Shown here: in pieces, positions 9,389 to 20,000 of the stretch
How the letters are laid out: the number at the start of each line of letters is the position of its first letter
How positions within the stretch are numbered: the first letter of the stretch is position 1
NCBI GenBank assembly: GCA_003614675.1
Contig: ML002226.1
Coordinates: 50,861-70,860 of the forward strand
DNA length: 20,000 nucleotides
Source: Dimargaris cristalligena
Lineage: Eukaryota
Direction: 5' to 3'
Translations under genes and position numbers: made by a program
Notes under the pieces: model-generated
The model's database searches: none
Told to the model about the DNA's origin: nothing
The model's input: the letters and a program-made list of their open reading frames with translations, nothing else

Positions 9389-12300
9389 ATGAGTAAACGC
9401 GGGGCTGAAAAATACCTGACTCAGCTCAATCAGTTCGACCACGAGGCCGACCAGGTAAGTATGCAATTGCTCTCTTCTTCGGCCCCAGCTCAACAGTAGC
9501 AGCAAGCTTCGCATCCCCCCCATTTTATCGGTATTCCAAAAGTGGATTCTATCCAACCGCCCTAGCAGAGGGGGGAAGGGGTAGTTCACAATAGGGCAGC
9601 TGAAGTGTGTCGTCGCCTGAAAGTTACTTCCAGTGTTATATATATAGGTATACTTATCAATAGTACCCCCCTGCCGACGTCTGCTATATTTTGATGTATT
9701 CTCGCTATTTTACAACCCAGGATGCTGAGTCGTCCAGCGCTTCGCAGGCCTCAAGAGATGACGTCTCCAAGCGAATGTAAGTGGAACTCTTAAGCCTTGC
9801 TTTTGGTATAGATCTTAGTTGTACCTGTATAATTTCTTCTGGGCCATTAATTCCGTTGGTCAAGGACCGAGATACTCCTACATTCTCAGCCTACCTTCCG
9901 GACGCCGCCTTGCTAAATCGGGACTCTTATTATTGGCATACTTCCATTATCATGCCGTCCAATTCATTCACTGATCCGGGATGATCCATTACTTAGCATC
10001 AAGGTGCCCAAATCCCGCAAGGCCTTAGCTTCCGCCAAGGTAAGAACGATTTAAAACTGTTTCTATCTCCGACTATCTCTCTCCCCAGAAACGTCAGCAT
10101 CAATCTTATGGCCCAATCTTACCGGTCATTAAAAACAGGGTATTAATATGTTGCCCACTCAGCCATGTGTGTGGGTGGTATGAAGGGCACTTACTAATCG
10201 TCGCAAATATGAATACGACCATCACCTACCTATCATCTCTATTTCCCCGGCATTCAATTCCCACCCCTTTTATAGACTGGTGGTACTGCTGCTAAACCGT
10301 CCCCTTTCTCTGGCTTCGGAGGTTTTGGGGCGCCGGCCACTGCTACTTCCGAGGCCAATTCAGCCGAATCCGAACCAGTTGAGGAATCCAAGAAGGCCAA
10401 CGTTTTCAGTGGGTTTAGCTTTGGCTCGGCCGCCAATGCCCCCACCCCCCAGTCTGGCCAGTCCTTCACCTTCGGGTCGGCCGCCCCTTCAGCTGGATTT
10501 TCATTTGGTGTTGCTCAATCATTCGCGTCCTTGGCGCAGCCTACTAGCAGTAGTGTGCCTGCTTCCACTGGGGCATTTGGTGCTACGTCGTCGTTCGGGG
10601 TCTCGTCTAAGCCAACCGGCAGTGCTATTCCCACGTCCACCGGTACATTCGGTGCTTCGACGACCTTTTCTACGTTTGGGTCCTCCGCCCCGAAACTCGC
10701 TGAATCATCCACCCCAGTTGAGTCAGCAACTGCTAGTAATTCCGAAGCTAGTGGCAGTGGAGATGGGACTAGTAGCAGTGGCGGTGACAGTGCTAGTGAT
10801 AGTGAAGAGGATGCCCCCCAAAGTATTGCGCCTGCCAAATTCCAGCCTTTCCAGCCTCCTTCCAGTTCGGTGAGTGCCAGCAGCTCTTTTTCGGAATACG
10901 GTATGAAGGACGCCAAACCTATCCAGCCCTTTCAACCCCCTGGTGCGGGGCCTGCCAAATCCGTACCTGTATCTGTATCCGACTCTACTCCCGAATCGGA
11001 ATCCACTCTGGCACCCACTGTTGCTTCGTCAACCACGCCGGTCCCTGCGGTCAACGAGGAGCGCCTCAAAGATTACATGCTGAACCGTCTTGGTCTGAAC
11101 CAGTGCTTTAAACAGTCGTTGGAGGAGTTTTTGAAAACCGACCCCTACGTCGATCTCGAATTCAGTTTTAAGAGTTACCGGGAGCATATTGGGTCCATCC
11201 GTAAGCGATTCGCCGATGTCCTAGAAGACGCAGCGGCCACGAAGCAGTCAACTACTGCTGTGCCCGTCAAAAGTCAACCAGCTTTTTCAACTCCGGCTCC
11301 GTTTTCTGCCCCTGCTCCTGTCCCCACTCCTGCATCCGTCCCTACTTCCCAGCCACCCGCTTCGGTTGCCTCGCCCTTCTCCTTCGATAGCAGCCGTAAA
11401 CCATTCGAGAAGCCAACCGAAACTGCCCCGGCCGTACCCTTCATACCTCTTACCACCATCCCATCTTTTCAGCCGGCCACCACCACATTAAAACCCTTCG
11501 AGTCTTCGGAACCTGCTAAGCTGGTGGCGAGTCCATTTGCGTTTGGCGCAGCGAGTGTTCCGACTCCCCCACCTACATTCAGTGGCTTCGGATCGTCCAC
11601 GACTTCCTTTGGAAACCCAGCCTCCGAATCCACCGATTCCAAGCCGACTACGAGCACCAGTTTCGGTGGGTTTGGACCATCGTCGACCTCCTTTGCGAAA
11701 CCGGCCTACGAACCCACTGAATCCAAGCCGACTTTGGGCACCAGTTTCGGCGCGTTTGGATCATCATCGACTACTTTTGGGAAGCTCACCTCCGAAGCCA
11801 CTGAATCCAAGCCGTCTGCAGGTACTAGTTTCGGCGCGTTTGGATCATCGTCGACCTTTGGAAAATTGACCTCCGAAGCTACTGAGTCCAAGCCGGCCGC
11901 AAGCACTAGTTTCAGCAGTTTTGGGTCGACGCCTTTTTCGTTCGATAAACCGGCATCCGAGACCACGGAATCAAAGCCAGCCGTCGGTACTAAGTTTGGT
12001 GGGTTCGGATCGTCATCCACCTTTGGCGGATTTGGTGCCTCGGGGACCATGTTCGGTGGCTCGAGTGGGTTTGGACTCGGTGCCGCTGGATCGAAAAACA
12101 ACGACGGGTCGGACAGCGGAAGTGAAGATGAAGAAGGTGAGGAAAACCAACACCCGGCCTACGAAGCTACGGGTGACCAGCCCGGAGCCGGGGAGGAAAA
12201 CGAAGACTTATTGTACACGACCATTTGCAAAGTGTTCAAGTATGACGCCAATACCCAGATCTTCAAGGATTTGGGTAAGGGGCACCTCCGCATCAACAAG

Positions 12301-12534
12301 GACCGTAATACCGGCAAGGTGCGGTTCCTGTGCCGTCAAGCGAGTTCCGACCTGGTCACGCTGAACGTGGCGGTGTTCCCCAAGATGAAATTCAGTCGCC
12401 CGGGCGGTAAGAGGGATGTGGCCTTCGTGGCGGTAGGCGATGACAGCAAGCCGAACAAGTATTTGGTTCGGGTAGGCTCTGACGACCTGGCCGCTACTTT
12501 ACAGAAGGAGATGGAGGCGGCTGCTCAGTCTTGA
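9389..12534 (+). CDS. NUP2: FG-repeat nucleoporin with C-terminal Ran-binding domain (Nup2/Nup50/Nup61 family), ~807 aa. Exons 9389-9454, 9721-9776, 9997-10039, 10276-12534
   Basis: NUP50-like N-terminus (MSKRGAEKYLTQLN...SKRIIKVPKSR), many FG/FxFG repeats and a RanBD (GAGEENEDLLY...KVFKY...FKDLGKGHLRINK...RFLCR). Three GTAAG...YAG introns with consistent phases. Confidence 0.9.
11575..12030 (+). repeat. Tandem ~80-nt (26-27 aa) coding repeats, about 5-6 units, of type SFGxFGSSSTTFGKxxSEATESKP
   Basis: Recurrent ACYGARTCCAAGCCG and ACYAGTTTCGGCGCGTTTGGATCATC blocks at ~80-nt spacing. Confidence 0.85.
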
Positions 12535-13750
12535 GGTGCAAGAGTCGGGTGAAAAGAACGGCCGGGTGATTGAACCACCTGTTTTTGGAGGCTGGACTAT
12601 CGCTCTTTCTGGTGGTCTACCAGCATACTGACAACCAGGCTGGGGTAGTCACCGAGAATACTATGACTGCCCTTTCAGTAGTTTATAGGGGGTACCGGTT
12701 TCTTGGATATTAATTCAGATTCATAATAGCACGGTTGATGTTAGGTATTGCCATTGTCGTTTAAAACCATGCTCAAAGAAATATACTTCTATTCGAAAAA
12801 CGTTCTACTCCGCCATATCCAACCTCTTTTTTTATAATGATTATTTCCATTATCTTTAATCTATTTTCCCCATTCGCCCCCGTCCTTCCTGGGCTATAAA
12901 AGGATCCTATTTCCCATGTTAATGCGCGTTATCTTCGGTTTAATTCGCCGCTCCCCCTTCCTTTCAACCAACCCGAAAACTATATACATTGTTGACTTTT
13001 GCGGGATTAGTTGTTCCCACCTTGGCGTGCACAGGTTTGTGTATATGGAGGCCCATTTTTCCTACTCTCTTTTGGTGATTTTTATTTTTATTTTTTTGGA
13101 CCGCCACTGCTTCTTACTTATGTTATTATCATTTCAACTTTACATATATGCCATGATGATACGTTCCATATAGTATATAAACCACAACTACTTTCGTAGC
13201 CAAGCGATTAATCAAGTGCGTATGCCCATCGAATAGTGGCGGGGTTAATAGCCCAGTATACCGCCTTAAAAATGTCGAACCTTGGTCTTGCGGTAATACC
13301 CGAATCTTGAATTCGACCCCGCCGATCAAAGGTAGTTTTGTAATGTGTAGCACAGTTTTGCCCTTTGTACACGATTTGATGTCAGTGAGGTTGGCGAACA
13401 TATTTTACCGCATCGCTCTTTTCAATCGCCAATGGCTATTACTAAGAGGCCTACTTCCAAAGGCAACTTCTTGAAAATCATCACCCGCTGCCTCCAATGT
13501 CTTACTACAGATAACGGCCAATTAATCTATCATTTAAGGAGCCATATGCTAGTTAAACGGCGCTGGTGGTATCGTGTACCATACATTTTTCTCGGCAGGA
13601 CAGGGATTAGAGTATCTATGGCGACACTGTTTAATTGGTTGTCACTCCGTCATGCCAATATGGGATCTTCACCAAATACACTTTCCCATGTATTATTGGG
13701 CCACTCCTCCCATTGTTACTCAGAGACTTTTCTTTCTGACTTGAACCGGC

Positions 13751-13895
13751 ATATGGGAGAAGTTCATTCAGGCTGTATAATGAAAAATCCGTTGGATGGG
13801 GCCAATATTACTGGTTAAAAGCTATTCTCACATATATTTGCCCACACACGTATTATGTAAAACCTTATACAGCTGGTTTGAATTTCTTCCAATAT
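13751..13895. mobile_element. MITE-like element, copy 3 (inverted relative to copies 1 and 2)
   Basis: Matches the reverse complement of 3081-3230 (AAATCCGTTGGATG, ACTGGTTAA, CGTATTAT..AAAACCTTATACA); TIRs ATATGGGAGAAGTTCA..GCTGTATAA / TTATACAGC..TGAATTTCTTCCAATAT. Confidence 0.75.
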
Positions 13896-14107
13896 TCTCT
13901 GGGCTAAGCTTCGATAACTGGCCGATAGAAAGTTATCCAGCGGGGGTTTTTCCCTGAGCAAGACAGGCTGTGGTCTCTTCACAACCTCGCTACACTTACG
14001 ACCAGCTTACCTTTAAGCACCCACCTCATTCGCTGGGCCATTGTCCCCTTCGTATTAACCATACCTAGACCCCTACTGATTTCTGATAAATTCGTATTGT
14101 TGGTACC

Positions 14108-15490
14108 ATGGCCTCCCTCACAGCCCGTCACTCTTCTCCCGATACTACCACAGTCCCACCTCCCGAGCGCCTACCCGGCCGAGACCTGCTCCTATGGCTC
14201 TTCCACCCGTCCCACAGTCTGGGCCGACAAATTGTCCACTACCTTGACAATTAGGAGCAATTCCGGCTGGCGGCAACCTGTCGGGCCCTCCATTCGCTGG
14301 TCAGCTCGCACTACGAACCCATCGTACCCGACGTCCCGAATCTGTCTCACGATTGTCGCCTGGCCCGGTTTATCCGGCGCTACCGTCCGCGGATTCGCTA
14401 CCTCTCTTTTGATTTAATGGAGAGCCAAGCCCCCGATTGGTTCGACGGGGTCCCGTCCCTCTTTAACCAGGCGGCCCAGCTGTATTGCGTTGAGTTTTTC
14501 CTTAACCAACTGGCCCGGTGGCCCAAGGCGGCCAGCTGCTTGGCCAAGCTGCCACCGCCCCTCCAGAAACTGACCGTTTTCCTGGCGGCGGCTAAGGAGT
14601 GTTCCGTCCAAGACTACCAAGCCCTTGCAAAGACCTATTTTTCGGACGCCCTTTACCGTCGACTAGGCTAAGTGCGGGTACTAAAACTCAGCACGTACTC
14701 GTCGACCATCGAAACTGACCATATTCTACAGTTTCTGACCCCCTTTTCCAATCTGCAGCAACTGGAGCTGGGTATTGCCGAGCCCGATGATCGTCTCTGC
14801 CGGGCTATAGCGCATCGGTTTCCCAATCTAACCCACCTGTCCCTCAATGCCGGGCCGTGGAATATTAGTTTGCTGTTTGGCCCCCATCCGCCCATTTTCC
14901 ATCAGTTAGTATCCCTTCAACTGAGTTTTAGTCACGATCCCCACCAGTTTGAAGCCCTGTAGAGCGTAGTGACCACTGACTACTCCCATCTAACCCAGTT
15001 TGCCGTCCATTTCTCCATGAGCCATGATCCACCCACTCTGCACCAAGTGCTGCCCCTGTGGCAATTCTTCAACCAGCCGTGGTCTAAAATCACCTCGTTA
15101 ACCCTGTCCTGCAGTTCCCCACCCGATGGCGATATGCTCCCCGAAATAAGCTCAAGCATCGTTGCAAATTTCCCGGAACCCCGGGATCTATCACTGCTCT
15201 CTTTTGCTACCCCGGCCTCGACGTATTCGTCCATTCTATCCCAATGCTCCAAATTAGAATCGCTGATGGTAGAGGAATGCGTTTCCACCACCTTCAACGA
15301 ACTGCGCCAGCTCGATTTCTATAATGCTAACCTGTCTTTGCTGAGTTTGGATGGGCCTATATGTGACTGGGAATCCTTGGCCACCGTTATATCCCGGCTG
15401 CCCAATCTACAAGGGCTGCATGGGGATATGGTGCCGGTTCCCCTCCGACCGCAGTTCAGAATGCAGTACCCGCACATTCAACCCACGTAA
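14108..15490 (+). pseudogene. F-box/LRR (RNI-like) protein frame of 460 codons with three in-frame stops (TAG 14252, TAA 14669, TAG 14960); pseudogene or recoded gene
   Basis: One frame from GTACC-ATG links the ORF-track pieces 14417-14671, 14672-14962 and 14969-15490. F-box-like IVHYLDN*EQFRLAATCRALHSLV plus LRR-like FSNLQQLEL, FPNLTHLSL, CSKLESLMV, LPNLQGL. No frameshift, and no intron removes the stops. Confidence 0.72.
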
Positions 15491-15860
15491 TGATGGACTA
15501 CTATATCCTTTCTCATAGATTTTTGTAAATTGTATAAATTCTGAGCTATTTAGTGTACTTGGGTATTTGTGCCCATAATCATTTCCAAGCATAATGAGTT
15601 AATAAATCGACTAATACGTGTGGTTATCATTCTATTATTTTATCGCCATAATGTTCTTACTGGCGACCCTGGGGTCTAAGAATTAAGGTCGGGAAACTCG
15701 GGAAATTGAAGGGCATATCGTATAGCGTAAAGTAGGGATCATGTGCCGATAATCCCCAATGTGGTCCCATCACTGGCTTCCCCCAAAATTCATGCTAGAG
15801 AGAATATAATGGTGAAGTAAGCGGAGGGGACTGAGGGCTTACACCAACCATTCTATCATT

Positions 15861-16010
15861 GAGTGGAATACTGATGAGCCCAAAAAGGGCGTTGCCGCTT
15901 TTTGGCTGCGAAAGCTACACCCAACAAAGTCAATGGTAGAGTATATTATAGCTGGTCTTAATATATCCCAACTGTGGCCCATTGAACATGTCTAGCTCAT
16001 TTCAATTCTA
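15861..16010 (+). ncRNA. Candidate type I hammerhead-ribozyme-like structure
   Basis: Core CTGATGA-G...C-GAAA flanking a CCAAAAAG/CTTTTTGG stem; AGCTA can pair with TAGCT followed by C15998; stem I is weak and needs one extra nucleotide. Confidence 0.4.
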
Positions 16011-16063
16011 ATTCTCATTTAACTTATTCCATCCGCACTTCTGTCAAATATACTATACCAGCC

Positions 16064-16937
16064 ATGTTCGTGGACAACGAAAAGGTAATGGAGACGTACC
16101 AGTATTATCGGATGACCGTTACCCATTCCCCTCATTCCAGCTTCCATCCTTTTACCAATTTACCTATGAAGGTCTACTTAACAAACCAGGGATGCTAACG
16201 AATATTCCGACCGCCACATTTCATTGTTACCATGCCTATTACCTGCTCGATTCCGGTATGACCATAATATATAGTTTCTTACCGAATTAGCCGCGTACTT
16301 CCGCAAGGCCTCAAAAAGCGGGTCCGTTACCGTGACCTCCAAGCGATGTAAGTACCGTGCCCTTTGTGAAATAGAAATATATGTATTATCACGGGACATT
16401 ACCTAATGAAAGGCTTTGAATCTACCCGAAGACTCGTCTGGTAATAGATTCATTGGGTCAGTACAACTAACCATAAACTCCGATACCTTGTGTACGGTAG
16501 ATGACGCGGCCACCCGCCACCAAAGCCCGGCCCAGCCCATTGTGGAGACCAACCTTACTATGGACCCCCACCCTACTTCCAGTGAGCCCGGCAACCCCCA
16601 GCATGACTACTTAGTACGCGCCGCATTTAAAGGAGACAAAATAAGCACTGTGGTAAGTAATCTCGCGCGATTGGGGAATTCGCCCTACAAGTGTAGCCGT
16701 ATAAGTGGGTAGTTATTATATACATTCAAGCATGTTCAACTTAAAACATAGCCATTTAACACCGTTAAATTATGATCTACTAAATGCCGCCCATGTCTTT
16801 AGGTCACGCCTGAAGATTACACGCAATTCCAGTCGGGATACCTTTATTTACTAAAGCTACAAATGAAGGCCCTTAAAGTCCCCAAGAAACGGAAGGCAAC
16901 TGGTTCCGCCAAGAAATCTGGTTCATCAAAAAAGTAA
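16064..16937 (+). CDS. SRP14: Signal recognition particle 14 kDa subunit, 126 aa. Exons 16064-16084, 16275-16347, 16501-16652, 16803-16937
   Basis: Spliced protein MFVDNEKFLTELAAYF...GSVTVTSKRY...YLVRA...KISTVV...FQSGY..LLKLQMKALK..KKRK fits SRP14; three GT-AG introns in consistent phase. Confidence 0.92.
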
Positions 16938-17328
16938 AATGACCTTGAGGTCTCTATTCCGCCCTTGCGTATACTGCCCCTTCCCCACCCACCTCATACT
17001 ATATTGACCTACTCATCCCGTTCAATGTACAGCATTAACTTATCATTCGTTCCGATTTCCTAAGCTACTCTGATGTAGATCCGCCAGCTTCTACCATATC
17101 AATGTCACATTAAAGACTCTTACCAACTATTTTATATACATTGGAATAATGTACAAATATTTAAAATTACCCCCTAGAGTGCCAATGAACGTAGATGGAT
17201 TAGACTGCATCTAACTAGTGGGCTAGATGAGAGCTGTTGGAGCAAAGCGATTATATTACTCAATCTTCCATCCTCTAGCAGTATGTTTCATCGGAGGCTA
17301 GATCCTTATGGTCGAGTATTCTAAGCGT

Positions 17329-17351
17329 TCTCTCTCTCTCTCTCTCTCTCT
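17329..17351. repeat. (TC)n microsatellite, about 11 units
   Basis: Directly visible. Confidence 0.9.
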
Positions 17352-18177
17352 ATCCATTATATCGTAAATAATATCGCAATAATCATAAAATGGGGACAAA
17401 GATAGCATTGTGAGGAAACACAGTAGAAATGCCCATTATACCTTTCTGCTAGCACAATCTACTCTTGGCAAACTGGAGTTAGAACCATCCGAATGGTGAT
17501 CCTACAGGACCAATAAACTGATCCAGGACTCTATCTTATCTGAGCTTGTAGAGGAGTAGTAGTCGACATTAGAAGGTCGATTAGTCTAACTTGTGGTTGA
17601 AGGGGGCCTACTCCCAAACCACATCTCTCCCACCCAAATTATAGAAATTGAATATGCAGAGTACTTTATTAATGGGCTAATCCAAACGCATATTTGCAGA
17701 CTGATACTAATATAATATAATCCTCTCCAATGAGCTCTCGCAATGTTTGGGGGCCATAAGCTCTTCACTGTTAAATACCATATCTCATGTTTAGTAAGGC
17801 TATTCAGCCCATAAACCATCGAGTGAATTACATGATCCCCAGCTTGAATATTAAATTTTAGATTAAGACCACCTTTATTTCCTAAGCAGAATGAGTGATT
17901 AAGTAAGACAATTAACCCGCAAACCCACCTTAAAAACAGGGAAGTAAAATTATACACAAAACTCGCCTTTAAGGTATTTGCCCTTTTATTGTATACTATT
18001 AGATAGTCTAAAGCGGAACCCTTGCATTTGACGAACGCTAGATAACTGTTTATCGACCGATTAAAGACCCCTTAATCTCAAATAGGGCCCATTTACCAAT
18101 AAACGACACTCATCTGACCATGCTTCCAAAAGCGCTAACGCTATCTACAAGGAAATTACTTATACTCATTCCAATGG

Positions 18178-19191
18178 TTACTGAGGGCATGGGGGTGCCG
18201 GTATGAGGTTGAGCACCCGTTGGAGGTCACCGACGGGAGTTTGCCAGCGATCTTCGTACATTATATTCATATAGAATTTAGACCGACTCCCGTTTTGAAT
18301 GGCCCACGGGATCAGCACTCGGCGCAGATGGGCCCGTTCGGCGGGATCGGAGATGCCTGGGCCCACAATCGAGCTGGCCAAAGTCATGGGGAGACCTGTC
18401 TGCATCCACTCGAACCATTTGACCGCGGTTTCCGAGGCCACTGAAATGCTAGTGATCCCGGTTAGGACATGGATAAAATCATGGGTCTCGCGATAGCGTT
18501 GAAGCACATAGGCCAATTCGGGATCGGACACGTATTGGACCTAGGGATTGTCATGGGGAGGGATAGTGTTATTGAATTTATCTGTGTGGATATCCGTGGA
18601 TCAATTGCTCAAAAAGCCGTTTCCGCTGTATTGACTGGTGTCGCAGCCAAGAACATAACTGGATGCGGCATACAGAAGTAAAGCTAGTGGATACACAACT
18701 GATATTTACCTCTAGGCGTGATTCGGGCTGAAATCCATGGTGGTCCATGAATCGGACATACTCCCGACCAAACGTCCGATCCGGCAGGGTGCGAAACCAG
18801 TCGTAGTCCATTGTTTGGGAGTTGAGTCGCGGCTGTTCCCGCAAGATACGTCGACCCTCAGCTGAACCGAGCATTTTGTGGTGCATGGACCGCGCAGCCC
18901 GCCCGCCTGTGAGTTCACCCAGCGTGGCGACCATGTCTTTTTCCAAAAGAGTAAAATAGCGGGTAGGGTGGAGTACACCAGTAAGCCTCAAAGTATATCC
19001 CTGTTGGTCGGTGATTCGCAGGTGGAGAAGGCTTCTTTGAAGCAGACCCCTTGGGGAGGTGGTGGGGGCCGAGTGGCTAGCTAGTGAATAAACTTACCAG
19101 CACGGGCAGGGTTGTAGGCGGCGGTAAATGCGGACCCCACGGTTAGAATGGCTCTTTGGAGGCACGAAATGGAGTGGGCAGCTTTAGACAT
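18178..19191 (-). CDS. COQ4: Ubiquinone biosynthesis protein COQ4, 227 aa. Exons 19191-19098, 18936-18710, 18540-18178
   Basis: LQRAILTVGSA...NPARADMVATLGE, EGRRILREQPR, TFGREY, YVLQRYRETHDFIH (HDxxH motif) and ETAVKWFEWMQTGLPM. Exon phases consistent; start CCGCC-ATG. Confidence 0.94.
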
Positions 19192-19923
19192 GGCGGAAGG
19201 TTAGGGTAGATGGAATTGAATAATAAAGGAATGACACATGGCATATGACATATGGCCTGGGAGTATTTAGGGGGGATACTTGTGGGGTTGTGTGGCCCCC
19301 CTCCTGGGCATGCCCCAAAGGCTTAGGCTGATTCGCCCTTTCCCTTTCCTTGGGGAGCTCGTTTAGTTACTACTACTCCGCCGGGTTGGGAGCACTTCGC
19401 TTCTTATCCAGAGGCGTGTCAAAGTCTATTTGGTGGCTGCAACAAAGGCAGTTCCGGTGCTAGCCGGGCTCCGTAGTAGTGTGGCTGGGTCTAATCCCCT
19501 TGAGCCATAATAGGATAGTCGCTAACTACTTCCGCCCTCGGTTTCACTTTCAAACTCCCCTCCTCTTTTCAGCCCGTATTGTATGGGACACTCGCGAGTT
19601 CCTATTGTTCCTGTGGTTTCAGTGGCTCGCCCTAGTTCGAGTGCTGATCTTTTTTTAGCCTTCTTCAGCCTAGTCGTACGGCTGACTAGGCTAGGGCTTA
19701 TTAGTGCCCTTCCCTTCCCTTTTCCCAGCTGCTATTTCTTTCCGCTTGTTAGTTTTTTCCGAGGCCTAATCTTCCTCCGCCTCTGCCCAACTCTACAGAA
19801 TCCTTCACTTCTCTCTCACTCTCATTTTTCTAAACAACGGCCAATTACCAAATAGACCAGCTTCTGCATTCCCGCCCACTTCCTGTGCCTCCGCCCCATC
19901 CAGCGCTGCCTCACGCTCGAACC

Positions 19924-20000
19924 ATGCGTTCACCGCTTCCCCGGCTCCCGTCGGTATTGACAGTGGCCCTTCTGGGCTGGCTGTCTGTAGCGACCGAGCA
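19924..20000 (+). CDS. 5' end of a probable secreted or membrane protein, truncated by the window end
   Basis: GAACC-ATG context matches the other genes; MRSPLPRLPSVLTVALLGWLSVATE resembles a signal peptide. Only 25 codons are visible. Confidence 0.45.
   Translation, partial: MRSPLPRLPSVLTVALLGWLSVATE

Noticed and set aside
10254-12364. Several overlapping alternative-frame and antisense ORFs within Nup2
   Set aside because: Shadows of a GC-rich, low-complexity coding exon.
13129-13818. ORFs of 90 aa (minus) and 128 aa (plus) between Nup2 and the F-box frame
   Set aside because: No recognisable motifs, and the plus ORF runs into the repeat element; a decayed gene fragment cannot be excluded without a search.
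15871-15877. CTGATGA read as a snoRNA C box
   Set aside because: Lacks the leading purine of RTGATGA and has no suitably placed downstream CTGA D box; the stem plus GAAA fits a hammerhead core better.
17586-17957. 123-aa minus-strand ORF in the AT-rich spacer between SRP14 and COQ4
   Set aside because: Non-ATG start, atypical composition and no recognisable transposase or other motif.
1-20000. Genome-wide reassignment of TAA/TAG to Gln
   Set aside because: NDUFA1, SRP40, HNT2, SRP14 and COQ4 all end at TAA or TAG where their family-like sequence ends, and none has an internal TAR codon.

Overview
Eukaryotic, fungal-type genomic DNA with GT-AG introns of about 130-270 nt and mostly RCC-ATG start contexts; an early-diverging fungus is plausible but is only an inference. 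Six spliced or intronless housekeeping genes lie wholly in the window: NDUFA1, SRP40/Nopp140, an Fhit/Hnt2-type HIT hydrolase, Nup2/Nup50, SRP14 and COQ4. An alkaline ceramidase runs off the left edge and a probable secreted-protein gene starts at the right edge. Three things stand out. (1) An intronless F-box/LRR-type frame (14108-15493) has no frameshifts but three in-frame TAG/TAA codons at Gln-compatible positions and ends TAA-TGA. (2) A hammerhead-ribozyme-like motif (about 15861-16010) lies just upstream of SRP14. (3) Three copies of a ~150-bp terminal-inverted-repeat element (MITE-like) sit upstream of genes. All gene models were built by hand and no database search was run.
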